Counted from the stretch's first letter, positions 1 through 11,139 are shown. The stretch is DNA of 62,783 nt from an uncultured Oscillospiraceae bacterium (GCA_900547015.1 URFD01000001.1:1-62783); one strand, 5' to 3'. Made by a program: numbers and translations. Notes: generated from the sequence alone by a model not told the origin.

Positions 1-213
1 TATGTACAAAGAAAATCCCGATTTTGTTGTATGTCAAAAATACCCGCTTCGTTATTTTGCATAAGTTTATTCCACATTTCTCTACACTCTACCAGCCCGT
101 TCCGAGCCGTTTTCTTGGTTTTATCCCGATTTCGACCCGTTCGACTCCATTTCAGCCCGTTTCTCTCCCACCCCTCTTTGTCCCTCAGGTACAAAGGTTT
201 TCCTCCCGCGCGC

Positions 214-243
214 AAAAAAACAGCCGGTCCCTTCGGACCGGCT
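214..243 (-). terminator. Intrinsic terminator after the response regulator
   Basis: Stem AGCCGGTCC/GGACCGGCT with 4-nt loop; the A7 tract on + is a U tract on -. Confidence 0.8.
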
Positions 244-253
244 TTCCCTCTTG

Positions 254-1138
254 TTATGAATTGGTGCAGTAAAAGACCAGCGAGTTCAAAAAGCTCTTGA
301 GCGATACCTTGCCGTGGCTGTCGGAGCGTCCCCGGATATAATCCATCTCCTTGCGAATCTGCTCAAAGCTGTAAATCGAGCCTGCAAAGTCGTGGAAGGT
401 ATCGTTGGAATAATCCTCGATGCCCATATTCGCCAGATTGGTCAGCCCCGCATTGACGGCGCGGCGGATGCGCTGCTCCATCGATTTTGCGTTGCCGGGG
501 CTAAATTTGCTGCACAGCTCGGAAACGGTGAATTTGCCCGATTCCGGCCCCTGCTCAATCATATAGTCCACCAGCGTGATGATGTCGCTGCTGCCGCTCT
601 CTCCGATGATGCCCAGCTTTTGCAGAATGGAGCGCAGTCGGCGGATGTGCGGCTTTTCCTCCGGCTGCTCCGAAGCCAGCTGAAGATTCGGCATCGCCAC
701 CGGAGCGCTGCCCGAGGCAGGCTGACCGTCCTTGAGGAACAGCGACTGCATCTGATTGAAGGTGCGCCGCATCTGGATGGAGTCGATCACATTGGTCAGA
801 ACCCGCACCACCTCGACGCCGTTGACCGGCTTCTGGATAAAGAAGGTGACCCCGCACTCGTATGCCTGTGTAATCATCTCCTTGCTGCTGACCTGCGAGA
901 GCATGATAAAGCTGATGTCCGGATACTGCTCCCGCGCCTTTTTCACAAAGTGGATGCCGTCCATCACCGGCATCAGCAGATCAACGATGACAATGTCCGG
1001 CGTCACATACGCTAAATCCTCGAGTGCGTCCACCCCGTTGGAGGCCGTTCCGCACACCTCGCCCAACTTCTTCTGCTGGATGATAATCTTCAAAATATTG
1101 CAGACGCTTGCGTCGTCATCGATGAGGTAAATTTTCAT
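254..1138 (-). CDS. Response regulator, REC + YcbB (Spo0A-like) output domain; GlnL-like
   Basis: N-terminal receiver (IDDD, DLLMP, KP); C-terminal MEQRIRRAV helix typical of YcbB/GlnL. Confidence 0.85.
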   Translation of the reverse strand: MKIYLIDDDASVCNILKIIIQQKKLGEVCGTASNGVDALEDLAYVTPDIVIVDLLMPVMDGIHFVKKAREQYPDISFIMLSQVSSKEMITQAYECGVTFFIQKPVNGVEVVRVLTNVIDSIQMRRTFNQMQSLFLKDGQPASGSAPVAMPNLQLASEQPEEKPHIRRLRSILQKLGIIGESGSSDIITLVDYMIEQGPESGKFTVSELCSKFSPGNAKSMEQRIRRAVNAGLTNLANMGIEDYSNDTFHDFAGSIYSFEQIRKEMDYIRGRSDSHGKVSLKSFLNSLVFYCTNS

Positions 1139-2433
1139 TTGACCGATACCTCCACATTTTCTTTTGGAATTTTGATGATAAAGTCGGTGCAGCCGTTCTG
1201 GGATTTGACGGTAATGCTGCCGCCCAGCTGCGTTTCCACGATGTCCTTGACCAAGCTCAGCCCCAATCCGCGGCTGACCTGACCGGTCTCAAAATTGATT
1301 TTGGTCGAAAAGCCGGGTGTAAAGATGGTCGGCAGATATTCCGGGTCGATGCCGCCGCAGTCGTCATGGACGATGAACAGATAGTCCGACCCCTGTTCCT
1401 GCTCGGAAAGCAGCACCTGCGCCGGACGGTCTCCGGCAGCTTCGGCGGCATTGTTGATAAGGTTTCGCAGCACCGACATCAGCCCGTAGTGCTTGTCCGT
1501 GTAAAAGTTTTTCCCCAGCGAGGTCTCGATTTTCAGGTTCTGCCCGTAGTCCCCAAACAGGTGGCGGACGCTTTCCTGCATCACCCCGAAAATATCCTTG
1601 AGCCACATCCCGCTCTCTTCCTGGTCGTTGTTGAGCGCCGCCGAGATTCCGTTCATAATCAGGTAGTATTCCTTCTTGATTTCGTGAATATCCTTGGCTA
1701 CCGTCAGCGCCTTCTGCTCCAATGCGCGCGCCCGCGGGTCCTCGATTTGTTCCAGCTCGTTATACAGGCTGTAGGAAACTGCCATCGTCTCCTCGATGCG
1801 GGAGGTGTTTTTGTTCATCCAGATGATTTCGCTTTTGAGCTGGGAGGTCAGCAGCAACAGCTTGCGATAGCGGACGTGGTCGTCCTTTTTGAGGATAGAC
1901 ACCCCGTAGGCATCCAGCGCTGTCAAAAAAATCCCCGCCAGCGCCGTCCTGCCCAGCGCAACGATGAGCAGCCGCAGCAGTACATCGCCCTGAAAGGCAT
2001 TCAAGTCCACCCGCACCACCATCTCCGCCATATTGGAAACAAAGTCGATTCCAATCAGCGGCAGCACCTGACGGGGCCGAAACCGCGCGAAGCTGACCTG
2101 ACTTGCATACAGCGCAAACAGCCCGCCGTAGCACAGATAGAACACCATCTCCGGCGCATAGGCCATCAGGTCCGGCATCGGGGTTCTGTCGTTGAGCCAC
2201 TCCACCAGACACCGCACCAGCAGGATTCCCGGTGCTGTGATGAGGGTCACCGGCAGTGCCGGGAAATTTTGAAACAAAAAGGCAAAAATCGGCAGACAGA
2301 TGACTGCCAGAGAAATCTTAAATCCATTGATGATGAGGTTGATGTTCAGCTGTGCCACCACAATCATCAGCGCCGCAGACACCACAATCAGCTGAATCCG
2401 CTGCTTGCTTTCTTCCTTGGACATTGGCGTCAC
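1135..2433 (-). CDS. Membrane sensor histidine kinase, GlnK(YcbA)-like
   Basis: Several TM helices, HEIKKEY H-box, NLINNAAEA N-box, DDCGG and GLGL G-boxes; overlaps the regulator start; GTG start chosen by RBS. Confidence 0.85.
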   Translation of the reverse strand: MTPMSKEESKQRIQLIVVSAALMIVVAQLNINLIINGFKISLAVICLPIFAFLFQNFPALPVTLITAPGILLVRCLVEWLNDRTPMPDLMAYAPEMVFYLCYGGLFALYASQVSFARFRPRQVLPLIGIDFVSNMAEMVVRVDLNAFQGDVLLRLLIVALGRTALAGIFLTALDAYGVSILKKDDHVRYRKLLLLTSQLKSEIIWMNKNTSRIEETMAVSYSLYNELEQIEDPRARALEQKALTVAKDIHEIKKEYYLIMNGISAALNNDQEESGMWLKDIFGVMQESVRHLFGDYGQNLKIETSLGKNFYTDKHYGLMSVLRNLINNAAEAAGDRPAQVLLSEQEQGSDYLFIVHDDCGGIDPEYLPTIFTPGFSTKINFETGQVSRGLGLSLVKDIVETQLGGSITVKSQNGCTDFIIKIPKENVEVSVK

Positions 2434-2601
2434 GGAATCACCGCCCTTCCTCTTGTTCAAACTTTGCGTTAAATTCAAAACGAACCCAGCTTTAGATTGA
2501 CACAAAAACCGCCGCCTGTCAATAACCCGCCCAAATTCTTTTTCTAAAACTGTGCAGTTTCACAATGTCCTGCCCTGCCTTCTGCGCGCTCTTGGCTCAG
2601 G

Positions 2602-2629
2602 GACAAAAATCCTCCCTCGGTCATATCCT
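2602..2629 (+). promoter_or_regulatory. Candidate sigma-K promoter
   Basis: GACA-N16-CATATCCT fits AC-N16-CATAnnnT. Confidence 0.5.
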
Positions 2630-2676
2630 GAAATGAAGGGATTTCCCTCACTTCTTTTCCAGAAAGGTTGCGTGTT

Positions 2677-3588
2677 ATGAATCAGGACAATTTTTCCGAA
2701 CGCTTGACTGACTTTCCCCAGCCCCTGCCCAGCTTCCCCGATGCGGACGGCAGCGCAGGTGCCGTTGTAGACGGCGACGCTCCTCAGCCCCTGCCCAGCT
2801 TCCCCGATGTGGATGGCAGTGGCGGTGCCGTCTACCCCGACAACAACCGCCCTCTGCCGCTCCCCATCTTCCCCAGCCCGGTGCCGCCCGTCAGCCAGCC
2901 CAACTACCAGCCGTCCAGTAAAATCTGCCGGGTGCGCTTTTTCCATGCCGCTGTGCAGGCAGGGCCCATCAACATCAGCGTCGGCTCCCAGCGTGTCGCC
3001 TCCAATCTCTCCTTCGGAAACTTCTCTCCCTACTTCTGCTACTCCGAAGGCTTCCGCAGCATCAGCCTAATCAATGCGCGCACCGGCCGCACCGTTCTGC
3101 TCCGAAAGACGGTGGCCTTCCACGCAGGTGACACCCTGACCTTTGCCGTCGTCAACAACGCTTCCAGCGGCGCACTGGAGCTGGTCACCATCAACGACGC
3201 CTCCTGCTCCGGCCAGCTCGGCGGCTTCGCCTGCATCCGCATGGCGAACCTTCTGCTGGGTGACACTGCGATGGACCTGCTGCTCCCCGACGGGCGCACC
3301 CTCTTCTCCGATGTCCGCTATAAGGAAGCCACCCTTTCCCGCCGCCTGCGTCCGGGCAGCTACAGCTTCCTGCTGGCAAACACCCCCTCCCGCATCGAGC
3401 CACGCATCGTCGATGTCGAGCTGGACGACAGCTCCTACCGCATCAGCGAGCGCTATCTGCCCGGCTACGGCGAGCTGGACCCGCTGCTCTCCCTCTCCAT
3501 GCAGGTGCGCCGCGGCGTGATGTACACCCTCTATGTCATCGGTCAGGCCAACATCGGCGAGATTCAGGTCGTCATCGCTGAAAACTGA
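2677..3588 (+). CDS. DUF4397-family protein with Pro/Asp-rich repeated N-terminus (possible spore coat/exosporium protein)
   Basis: VRFFHA..AGPINI and IRMANL..DLLL..LFSDVRYK modules typical of DUF4397; sigma-K-like promoter. Confidence 0.65.
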   Translation: MNQDNFSERLTDFPQPLPSFPDADGSAGAVVDGDAPQPLPSFPDVDGSGGAVYPDNNRPLPLPIFPSPVPPVSQPNYQPSSKICRVRFFHAAVQAGPINISVGSQRVASNLSFGNFSPYFCYSEGFRSISLINARTGRTVLLRKTVAFHAGDTLTFAVVNNASSGALELVTINDASCSGQLGGFACIRMANLLLGDTAMDLLLPDGRTLFSDVRYKEATLSRRLRPGSYSFLLANTPSRIEPRIVDVELDDSSYRISERYLPGYGELDPLLSLSMQVRRGVMYTLYVIGQANIGEIQVVIAEN

Positions 3589-3605
3589 CGCAAGCCCCGA
3601 TACGC

Positions 3606-3643
3606 AAAAGAGGAACGAATCCCCCGATTCGTTCCTCTTTTTT
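3606..3643. terminator. Bidirectional intrinsic terminator
   Basis: AAAAGAGGAACGAATC/GATTCGTTCCTCTTTT inverted repeat between convergent genes. Confidence 0.85.
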
Positions 3644-3654
3644 GTTCTGTTCTG

Positions 3655-5412
3655 TTATTCCGCAACCGTCTGGACAAACTGGCTGTAGTACAGCTGATGG
3701 TAGAATCCCTTCTGCTCCAACAGCTGCTCGTGAGTACCCTGCTCGATGATCTGTCCGTCCCGCATGACCAGAATACAGTCCGCCTCTCGGATGGTGGAAA
3801 GTCGGTGCGCCACCACAAAGCTGGTGTGGCCCTTCATCATCTGAGCAAAGGCCTTCTGGATTCGGATTTCGGTTCGGGTATCGATGCTCGAGGTCGCCTC
3901 GTCCAGAATCAGCATCGAAGGCTTGGTCAGCATGGCGCGTGCGATGCACAGCAGCTGCTTCTGACCCTGCGAGATGTTGCCGCCGTCCTCTGCCAGGATG
4001 GTGTCATAGCCCTGCGGCAGACGCTGGATAAAGCTGTGAGCATGGGCAGCCTTAGCCGCAGCGATGACCTCCTCATCGGAGGCATCCGGCTTGCCGTAGG
4101 CGATGTTGTCCCGCACCGAGCCCTTAAAGACCCAGGTATCCTGCAACACCATGCCGTACAGCGAACGCAGCGCACTGCGTCCAATCTTTTTGACCGGCTG
4201 TCCGTCCACCCGGATTTCTCCCTGATTCGTGTCGTAGAAGCGCATCAGGAGGTTGATCATCGTGGTCTTTCCGCAGCCGGTCGGGCCGACGATGGCAATT
4301 CTCTGGCCGGGCTGTACCTTCAGGTTAAAGTCCCGAATCAGCGGATGCTCCTCATCATAGGAAAAGTTCACATGGTCGATTTCCACCGAGCCTTCGCAGC
4401 TGGTCGGATGGGTTGCATCCTCTGCGTCCGGCTCCTCGGCTGGCTCGTCGATGACCGCAAACACCCTCTTGGCACTGGCAAGGGCGGTCTGCAACTCGGT
4501 CACAACGCCGGAGATTTCGTTAAACGGCTTGGTGTACTGGTTTGCATAGGTCAAAAAGCTCGACAGAGTTCCGACCGAAAATCCGCCGCCGATGCAGGAA
4601 AGTGCGCCAAAGATGGCAACCGCCGCATACACCACGCCGTTGACAAATCGGGTGCAGGGGTTGGTCAGCGAGGAGTAGAACTGTGCCTTGGCTCCCACAT
4701 AGTACAGCTCGTGGTTGATGGCGTCAAATTCCTCCTCGGCACGCTGCTCGTAGCCGAAGGCCTTGACCACCTTCTGGTTGCCCACCATCTCCTCGATGTA
4801 GCCGCTGAGCTGGCCCTTGATGGCGCTCTGTCTGCGGAACATATCAAAGGAATGGCGCGCGATAAAGGAAGCCACAAACAAGGACAGAGGGGTCAGCACG
4901 ACCACCACCAGTCCCACCTTAAAGTTGAGGGTCAGCATATAGCCCAGCGTGATGGCGATGGTGATGATGCCGGAGAACAGCTGGGAAAAGCCCTGCAATA
5001 AGCCGTCGGACACCGAGTCGATGTCGTTGATGATTCGGCTGATGATATCGCCGTGGGAACGGCTGTCGATGCAGGAAATCGGAACCTGCTCAATTTTGTT
5101 GAACACCGCTACCCGCAAATCCCGCACCGTCTTGTAGGTCACCATGTTGGTGCACAGGGTCATCAGCCACTGGAACAGCGCCGCTGCCGCCGCCACTCCC
5201 ACCAGCTTCCACAGGATTGGAACCAGCTGCTCGAAATAGACCTTCCCCGGCGCCAGCACATGGTCGATGCCCTGTCCAATCAGAATCGGAGTATACAGGG
5301 TCAGGGAAACGCTCAGCACTGCGCTCACCAGTCCTGCCGCCAGATACCAGAGGTGCGGCTTGGAAAAGCTGAGGATTCGCTTGAGGATATCGCTTCTTTT
5401 TTCCATATCCAT
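3655..5412 (-). CDS. ABC exporter, fused permease/ATPase (heterodimer subunit B)
   Basis: TMD followed by GPTGCGKT, ISQGQKQ, LILDEATS, VAHRL; start after GGAGG. Confidence 0.93.
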   Translation of the reverse strand: MDMEKRSDILKRILSFSKPHLWYLAAGLVSAVLSVSLTLYTPILIGQGIDHVLAPGKVYFEQLVPILWKLVGVAAAAALFQWLMTLCTNMVTYKTVRDLRVAVFNKIEQVPISCIDSRSHGDIISRIINDIDSVSDGLLQGFSQLFSGIITIAITLGYMLTLNFKVGLVVVVLTPLSLFVASFIARHSFDMFRRQSAIKGQLSGYIEEMVGNQKVVKAFGYEQRAEEEFDAINHELYYVGAKAQFYSSLTNPCTRFVNGVVYAAVAIFGALSCIGGGFSVGTLSSFLTYANQYTKPFNEISGVVTELQTALASAKRVFAVIDEPAEEPDAEDATHPTSCEGSVEIDHVNFSYDEEHPLIRDFNLKVQPGQRIAIVGPTGCGKTTMINLLMRFYDTNQGEIRVDGQPVKKIGRSALRSLYGMVLQDTWVFKGSVRDNIAYGKPDASDEEVIAAAKAAHAHSFIQRLPQGYDTILAEDGGNISQGQKQLLCIARAMLTKPSMLILDEATSSIDTRTEIRIQKAFAQMMKGHTSFVVAHRLSTIREADCILVMRDGQIIEQGTHEQLLEQKGFYHQLYYSQFVQTVAE

Positions 5413-5413
5413 C

Positions 5414-7171
5414 TTATCTCTCTCCTCCTTTTCCGTCCTCGTCCCGCTCATTCTGCGACCAGTAGATTTCCTGATATTCTTCACACTGCTCCAGCAGCTG
5501 TTCATGGGTGCCCTTTCCGGCAATTCTGCCGTCGTCCAGCACCACGATCTGGTCGGCATACCGCACCGTGTTCGCCCTCTGCGAAACAATCAGCACCGTC
5601 ATGCCGCCTTCCTTCTGCTCCGAAAACCGTGCGATTGCCCGGCGCAGTGCTGCATCGGTCGCAAAGTCCAGTGCGCTTGCGCTGTCGTCCAGAATCAGGA
5701 TTTCAGGCGCGCCCACCAAGGCTCTTGCGATGGTCAGTCGCTGCTTCTGTCCGCCGGACAGATTTTTTCCGCCCTGCAAAATGATGGTATCCAGACCATC
5801 CGGCAGCTTGCGGACAAATTCTGCCGCCTGTGCGATTTCCAGCGCGGTCCAGATTTCCTCGTCGGTGGCATCTTCCTTCTGCCACTGCATATTTTTCCGC
5901 AGAGTTCCCGAAAACAGGACTGCCTTCTGCGGCACCAGTCCGATTTTGTGGCGCAGCTGGCTGATCGGATAGTCCCGCACATCCACGCCGTCCACCCGCA
6001 GCATTCCCTTGGAGACATCATAAAACCGCGGAATCAGGCTGACCAACGTGGATTTTCCGCAGCCGGTACCGCCGATGATGCCGACCGTCTCTCCCTTGCG
6101 AATCTCCAGAGAGATGTTCTCCAGCGAATAGTCGCCGGCATCCGGATAGACAAAGCTCACCTCATCAAAGGCAATCGCCGAAGCGCCTGCCTGTTCCTTC
6201 ACTGGGGTCATGGTGCGGTTGACAATCGAGCTTTCGGTCTCAAGCACCTCGCTCACCCTCACCGCCGAAGCCGCCGCCTTGGTAAAGATGATGATGAGGT
6301 TTGCCACCATAATCATGGCAACCAGAATCTGGTTGAGATAGTTGACAAATGCGATGACCTCGCCTTGGGTCATTCCGCCGACATTGACCCGGAGGCCGCC
6401 GAACCAGACCACTGCCACGATGGCAAGGTTGACAATCACGCTGGTCAGCGGATTGAGCAGAGCCGAGATTTTGCCGACCGTAATGGAGGTGTTCATCTGG
6501 TCGGTGCTGGCTTCCTCAAACCGTTCCTTCTCCTGCTCCTGACAGGAAAACGCCCGGATGACCCGCACGCCGGTCAGGTTTTCGCGGGTAATCAGCGAGA
6601 TGCGGTCCAGCTTGCGCTGAATCAGCCGATAGTACGGAATCGACCGGCTCATAATCAGATAGAGCACCAGAGCCACCAGCGGGCCTGCAATCAAAAAGAT
6701 GCAGGCAAGTCTCCAGTCCAGAATCAGCGCCATCACCGTTGCACCCACCACCAAGAAGGGCGAACGCACCACCAGTCGGATGAGCATTGCCACCGCCAGC
6801 TGTAATTGGTTAACATCGTTGGTGATGCGGGTGATGAGCGAAGGGGTTCCAATCTGGTCGATTTCCCCGTGGGACAGGCTGTTGATGTGCCGGAACATCT
6901 CCGAGCGCACCACCGTTCCAAAACCTTGGCTGGCACGCGCCGCACAGTACTGGCAAATGAGCGCACAGCCCAATCCCACCAGACCTAAGAGGACCATCAC
7001 GCCGCCCATCTTCAGGACATAGTCCCGGTCGCCGTTTGCCACTCCCACGTCGATGATTTTTGCCATGACCAGTGGGACAATCAGTTCGAAGATTGCCTCG
7101 GTCAGCTTGAAGACAGGCCCGATGAGGACCTCCTTCCAGAAGCGCTTGAGGTATTTTGTAAACTTTAACAT
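5414..7171 (-). CDS. ABC exporter, fused permease/ATPase (heterodimer subunit A, degenerate site)
   Basis: GGTGCGKS, LSGGQKQR, degenerate Walker B ILDDS and switch SQR. Confidence 0.93.
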   Translation of the reverse strand: MLKFTKYLKRFWKEVLIGPVFKLTEAIFELIVPLVMAKIIDVGVANGDRDYVLKMGGVMVLLGLVGLGCALICQYCAARASQGFGTVVRSEMFRHINSLSHGEIDQIGTPSLITRITNDVNQLQLAVAMLIRLVVRSPFLVVGATVMALILDWRLACIFLIAGPLVALVLYLIMSRSIPYYRLIQRKLDRISLITRENLTGVRVIRAFSCQEQEKERFEEASTDQMNTSITVGKISALLNPLTSVIVNLAIVAVVWFGGLRVNVGGMTQGEVIAFVNYLNQILVAMIMVANLIIIFTKAAASAVRVSEVLETESSIVNRTMTPVKEQAGASAIAFDEVSFVYPDAGDYSLENISLEIRKGETVGIIGGTGCGKSTLVSLIPRFYDVSKGMLRVDGVDVRDYPISQLRHKIGLVPQKAVLFSGTLRKNMQWQKEDATDEEIWTALEIAQAAEFVRKLPDGLDTIILQGGKNLSGGQKQRLTIARALVGAPEILILDDSASALDFATDAALRRAIARFSEQKEGGMTVLIVSQRANTVRYADQIVVLDDGRIAGKGTHEQLLEQCEEYQEIYWSQNERDEDGKGGER

Positions 7172-7308
7172 TCTTTTCTCATTTCCTCCATTGCATCGTT
7201 CATCTGTTGGTGATATGATTATAACACATTTTGAGATAAATAAAATATATTTTATTTCTATGATTCCTATAGCTTTTTTAGATACACCTGCCAAGGAGGT
7301 TTTTCCCG

Positions 7309-8196
7309 ATGGATGTCCGACAGCTGCTGTACTTCACCACCATCGTTGAGGAGGGCAGCATCAGCGCCGCCGCCAAGAAGCTCCATCTCTCCCAGCCGCC
7401 GCTGAGCCACCAGCTCAAGCTGCTCGAGGAGGAGCTGAACCTTCAGCTGGTACAGCGCGGGCCGCGCTGCATCACCCTGACCGATGCCGGCCGTCTACTC
7501 TACAAGCGCGCCCAAAGCATCCTGTCGCTGACCTGGTCTGCCAAAAAGGAGCTGTTGGCGATGGCATCCGGCTACAGCGGAACGCTCCATCTGGGCACTG
7601 TCTCCTCCTCGGGAGCCTCTCTGCTGGACTGGCGCATCCCCGAGTTCCACCGACGCTTCCCTCAGCTGAGCTTTGCCATCCACGAGGGCAACACCTTCGA
7701 GCTGCTCGAAATGCTCGATGCCGGTGTCATCGAGGTCGCAGTCGTCCGCACCCCCTTCCACAACGAGCAGGTGGAATGTCACTACCTGCTCGAGGAGCCG
7801 ATGATTGCCGCCGGCGCACCCTCCCTCTTTCCGGCTTCGGCGCCACAGGGGGCGATTTCTCTGTCTGTCCTGCGGGATTGCCCGCTCATCCTCTACCGCC
7901 GCTTCGAGCTGCTGCTCACCGAAGCCTTTGCCGAGGAGGGAGCCTCTCCCCAGATTTTCTGCATCGCCGACGATGCCCGCACCGCCATGATGTGGGCAGA
8001 GGCAGGGCTTGGCATCGCGGTGGTTCCGCAGTCCGCATGGCGCATCATGCCGCACCAGAACCTGACCTTCCACGAGCTGGCCCAGCCAAAGCTGACCACC
8101 CGCATCGCTGCCATCTGCAAAAAAGGGGAATATCTCACCGACCCTGCCCGCAGCTTTCTGGAGCTGTTCTGCGAGCCGGAGCTTCCCCACGCTTAA
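7309..8196 (+). CDS. LysR-family transcriptional regulator
   Basis: HTH SISAAAKKLHLSQPPLSHQLKLLEEEL; divergent from the ABC pair. Confidence 0.95.
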   Translation: MDVRQLLYFTTIVEEGSISAAAKKLHLSQPPLSHQLKLLEEELNLQLVQRGPRCITLTDAGRLLYKRAQSILSLTWSAKKELLAMASGYSGTLHLGTVSSSGASLLDWRIPEFHRRFPQLSFAIHEGNTFELLEMLDAGVIEVAVVRTPFHNEQVECHYLLEEPMIAAGAPSLFPASAPQGAISLSVLRDCPLILYRRFELLLTEAFAEEGASPQIFCIADDARTAMMWAEAGLGIAVVPQSAWRIMPHQNLTFHELAQPKLTTRIAAICKKGEYLTDPARSFLELFCEPELPHA

Positions 8197-8231
8197 CATT
8201 CCGACCAGATTATCAGAGGAGGAACCCTACC

Positions 8232-9071
8232 ATGCCCCAGATGTTTTCGTACAATGTCCTGGTCACCCTCGACCGCAACTACCTTTCGGTACTGACCACC
8301 ATGCTCTACTCGCTGTCCCAGTCCGACCCCAACGGTGTCTTTACCGTCTATGTCGCACACGACAGTCTGACCGACGAGGACTTTCTCCGGCTCAACACCG
8401 TCATCCCGCGCACCGAATTTGTCAATGTTCGGGTCCCGCAGGAGTCGCTAGCAGATGCGCCCATCTCCGACCGCTATCCCCGCGAGATGTACTACCGCCT
8501 GTTTGCCGCCCAGTACCTCCCCGAGCAGCTCGACCGCATCCTCTACCTCGACCCGGACTTGGTGGTGCTGCACTCCCTGCGTGAGCTGTACCAGATTGAC
8601 TTCGGCTCCTGCCTGTTTGCTGCCGCCTCCCATATCGAAAGCCGCAGCTTCCGCCGCTTTAACCAGCGCCGCCTCCACCTCGGCGAGCAGGACCGCTACA
8701 TCAATTCCGGTGTCATGATGATGAACCTGAGCCTCCTGCGCACCGAGCAGGACCCTCAGCAGATTTTCCGCTTCATCCGCCAGCACCGCCGCACCCTTCT
8801 GCTGCCGGACCAGGATGTTCTCAATGTCCTCTACGCAGGGCGCATCCGCTTTCTGGACCCGCTCATCTACAATCTGGGCGACAAGTACCTGCGCCTGCAC
8901 AACCTGCACCAGCCGCGCGGCAAAAAGCTCGATTTGGATTGGGTTCGCCAGCACACCGCCATCGTCCATTTCTACGGGCGCAATAAGCCTTGGAAGGATG
9001 GCTACCGCGGCAGGCTTGGCAGACTCTATCAGGAGGCTGCCGCTGCGGTCCCCTCCGAGGAGCAGGCATAA
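8232..9071 (+). CDS. Glycosyltransferase family 8
   Basis: YYRL, ILYLDPD (DxD), YINSGVMMMNL, PDQDVLN, HFYG..KPW; RBS GGAGG before ATG 8232. Confidence 0.9.
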   Translation: MPQMFSYNVLVTLDRNYLSVLTTMLYSLSQSDPNGVFTVYVAHDSLTDEDFLRLNTVIPRTEFVNVRVPQESLADAPISDRYPREMYYRLFAAQYLPEQLDRILYLDPDLVVLHSLRELYQIDFGSCLFAAASHIESRSFRRFNQRRLHLGEQDRYINSGVMMMNLSLLRTEQDPQQIFRFIRQHRRTLLLPDQDVLNVLYAGRIRFLDPLIYNLGDKYLRLHNLHQPRGKKLDLDWVRQHTAIVHFYGRNKPWKDGYRGRLGRLYQEAAAAVPSEEQA

Positions 9072-9170
9072 TCTCAATTTCAGAACAGCAAAAAAACCGG
9101 GCAGACGGTTCCTTGGAGCCATCTGTCCGGTTTGTTGTTTTTGGGGGAAGTGCGGGGTGCTGTCGGGTGC

Positions 9171-10991
9171 TTACTCGTCCAGCTTGAGCACCGCCATGAA
9201 AGCCTCCTGCGGAACCTCCACCGAGCCCAGCTGACGCATCCTCTTTTTGCCTTCCTTCTGTTTTTCCAGCAGCTTGCGCTTACGGGAAATATCGCCGCCG
9301 TAGCACTTGGCAAGAACGTCCTTGCGGAAGGCCTTGACCGTCTCGCGCGCGATGATCTTTCCGCCGATTGCCGCCTGAATCGGCACCTCAAACATCTGCC
9401 GCGGGATGTTCTCCTTGAGCTTCTCCGCCATCTTGCGTCCGCGGGAGTAGGCACGGTCGGCATGAACGATGAAGGACAGCGCATCGACCACATCGCCGCT
9501 GATCATAATATCCAGCTTGACCAGCTTGGAGACCTGATAGCCCGACATCTCGTAGTCAAAGGAGGCATAGCCCTTGGTGCGGGATTTGAGCGCATCAAAA
9601 AAGTCATAGACAATTTCGTTGAGCGGCAGCTCGTAGTGCAGCTCCACACGGTCGGTGTCCAGATACTTGGTATCCTTGTAGGTTCCTCTGCGCTCCTGAC
9701 ACAGCTCCATGATGGTGCCGATGTAGGAGGCCGGTGCAAAGATGCTGGCTCTGACATACGGCTCCTCCGCCGATTCGATGTCCGACGGGTCGGGGTAGTT
9801 GGTCGGGTTGTCGATCATCATGGTGGTTCCATCGGTCATGTTCAGCTTGTAGATTACGCTCGGAGCGGTGGTGATGAGGTCGAGATTAAATTCCCGCTCC
9901 AAACGCTCCTGAATGATTTCCATGTGCAGCAGTCCCAAAAATCCGCATCGGAAGCCAAAGCCCAGCGCCTTGGAGGTCTCCGGTTCAAAGGAGAGGGAGG
10001 CATCGTTGAGCTGCAATTTTTCCAGCGCATCCCGCAGGTCGGGGTACTTCGCGCCGTCCGCCGGATAGATACCGCAGAACACCATCGGGTTGACCTGACG
10101 GTAGCCTGCCAGCGGTTCCTTGGCCGGTGCATCCGCATGGGTCACGGTGTCGCCGACTACGGTATCCTTCACGCTCTTGATGCTTGCGGTGATGTAGCCA
10201 ACCTCTCCGGCAGACAGGCTGGAGGACGGGACCAGAGTGGTCGGACCCATGCAGCCGACCTCCACAATGTGGAATTCTGCGCCGGTTGCCATCATGCGGA
10301 TGTCGTCGCCGGGACGGACAGTGCCCTGCATCACGCGGATATATACGATAACGCCCTTGTAGCTGTCGTAGTAGGAGTCAAAAATCAGCGCCTGGAGCGG
10401 AGCGTCCGGGTCGCCGGACGGAGCCGGGATGTCGGTCACGATGCGCTCGAGCACCTCGTCTACATTCAGTCCGGTCTTGGCCGAGATGCGCGGTGCATCC
10501 AGAGCCGGGATGCCGATGATGTCCTCGATTTCGTGGCAGACCATATCCGGGTTGGCGCTGGGCAGGTCAACCTTGTTGATGACCGGCACAACCTCCAGGT
10601 CATGCTCGACCGCAAGATAGGTGTTTGCCAAGGTCTGTGCCTCGATTCCCTGAGAGGCATCCACCACCAGCAGCGCACCCTCGCAGGCAGCCAGCGAACG
10701 GGAAACCTCATAGTTAAAGTCCACGTGTCCCGGAGTATCGATTAGATTGAAGTCGTATGTGTGTCCGTCCTTGGCGGTGTACTGGGTCTTGACCGCACGC
10801 GCCTTGATGGTAATGCCTCGCTCACGCTCCAGCTCCATGTTGTCCAGCAGCTGGTCCTCCATCTCACGCAGAGAGATGGCCTGGGTCTTTTCCAGAATAC
10901 GGTCAGCAAGGGTGGACTTGCCGTGGTCGATGTGGGCGATGATGCAGAAGTTGCGGATACGGGAAATATCCTTCTGCTGGTTGTCTGCCAT
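9171..10991 (-). CDS. lepA: Elongation factor 4 (LepA)
   Basis: [47 protein letters not shown]. Confidence 0.98.
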   Translation of the reverse strand: MADNQQKDISRIRNFCIIAHIDHGKSTLADRILEKTQAISLREMEDQLLDNMELERERGITIKARAVKTQYTAKDGHTYDFNLIDTPGHVDFNYEVSRSLAACEGALLVVDASQGIEAQTLANTYLAVEHDLEVVPVINKVDLPSANPDMVCHEIEDIIGIPALDAPRISAKTGLNVDEVLERIVTDIPAPSGDPDAPLQALIFDSYYDSYKGVIVYIRVMQGTVRPGDDIRMMATGAEFHIVEVGCMGPTTLVPSSSLSAGEVGYITASIKSVKDTVVGDTVTHADAPAKEPLAGYRQVNPMVFCGIYPADGAKYPDLRDALEKLQLNDASLSFEPETSKALGFGFRCGFLGLLHMEIIQERLEREFNLDLITTAPSVIYKLNMTDGTTMMIDNPTNYPDPSDIESAEEPYVRASIFAPASYIGTIMELCQERRGTYKDTKYLDTDRVELHYELPLNEIVYDFFDALKSRTKGYASFDYEMSGYQVSKLVKLDIMISGDVVDALSFIVHADRAYSRGRKMAEKLKENIPRQMFEVPIQAAIGGKIIARETVKAFRKDVLAKCYGGDISRKRKLLEKQKEGKKRMRQLGSVEVPQEAFMAVLKLDE

Positions 10992-11139
10992 GGGATCTCA
11001 CCTTTCTATTATAAAAGAATCGTTTCTGCTTGGAATCAGTACTTTATTATAGCACATCGTCTGGGTCTAGGGCAACGAAAAATTTTTGCCTTCCCCCTAC
11101 AAAAAAGGACAGCACAGGCCTCCCTGTGCTGTCCTGCTT

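Noticed and set aside
7776..8231. N-terminal extension of GT8 overlapping LysR
   Set aside because: A strong RBS and ATG lie at 8232. The extension is an alternate frame of LysR.
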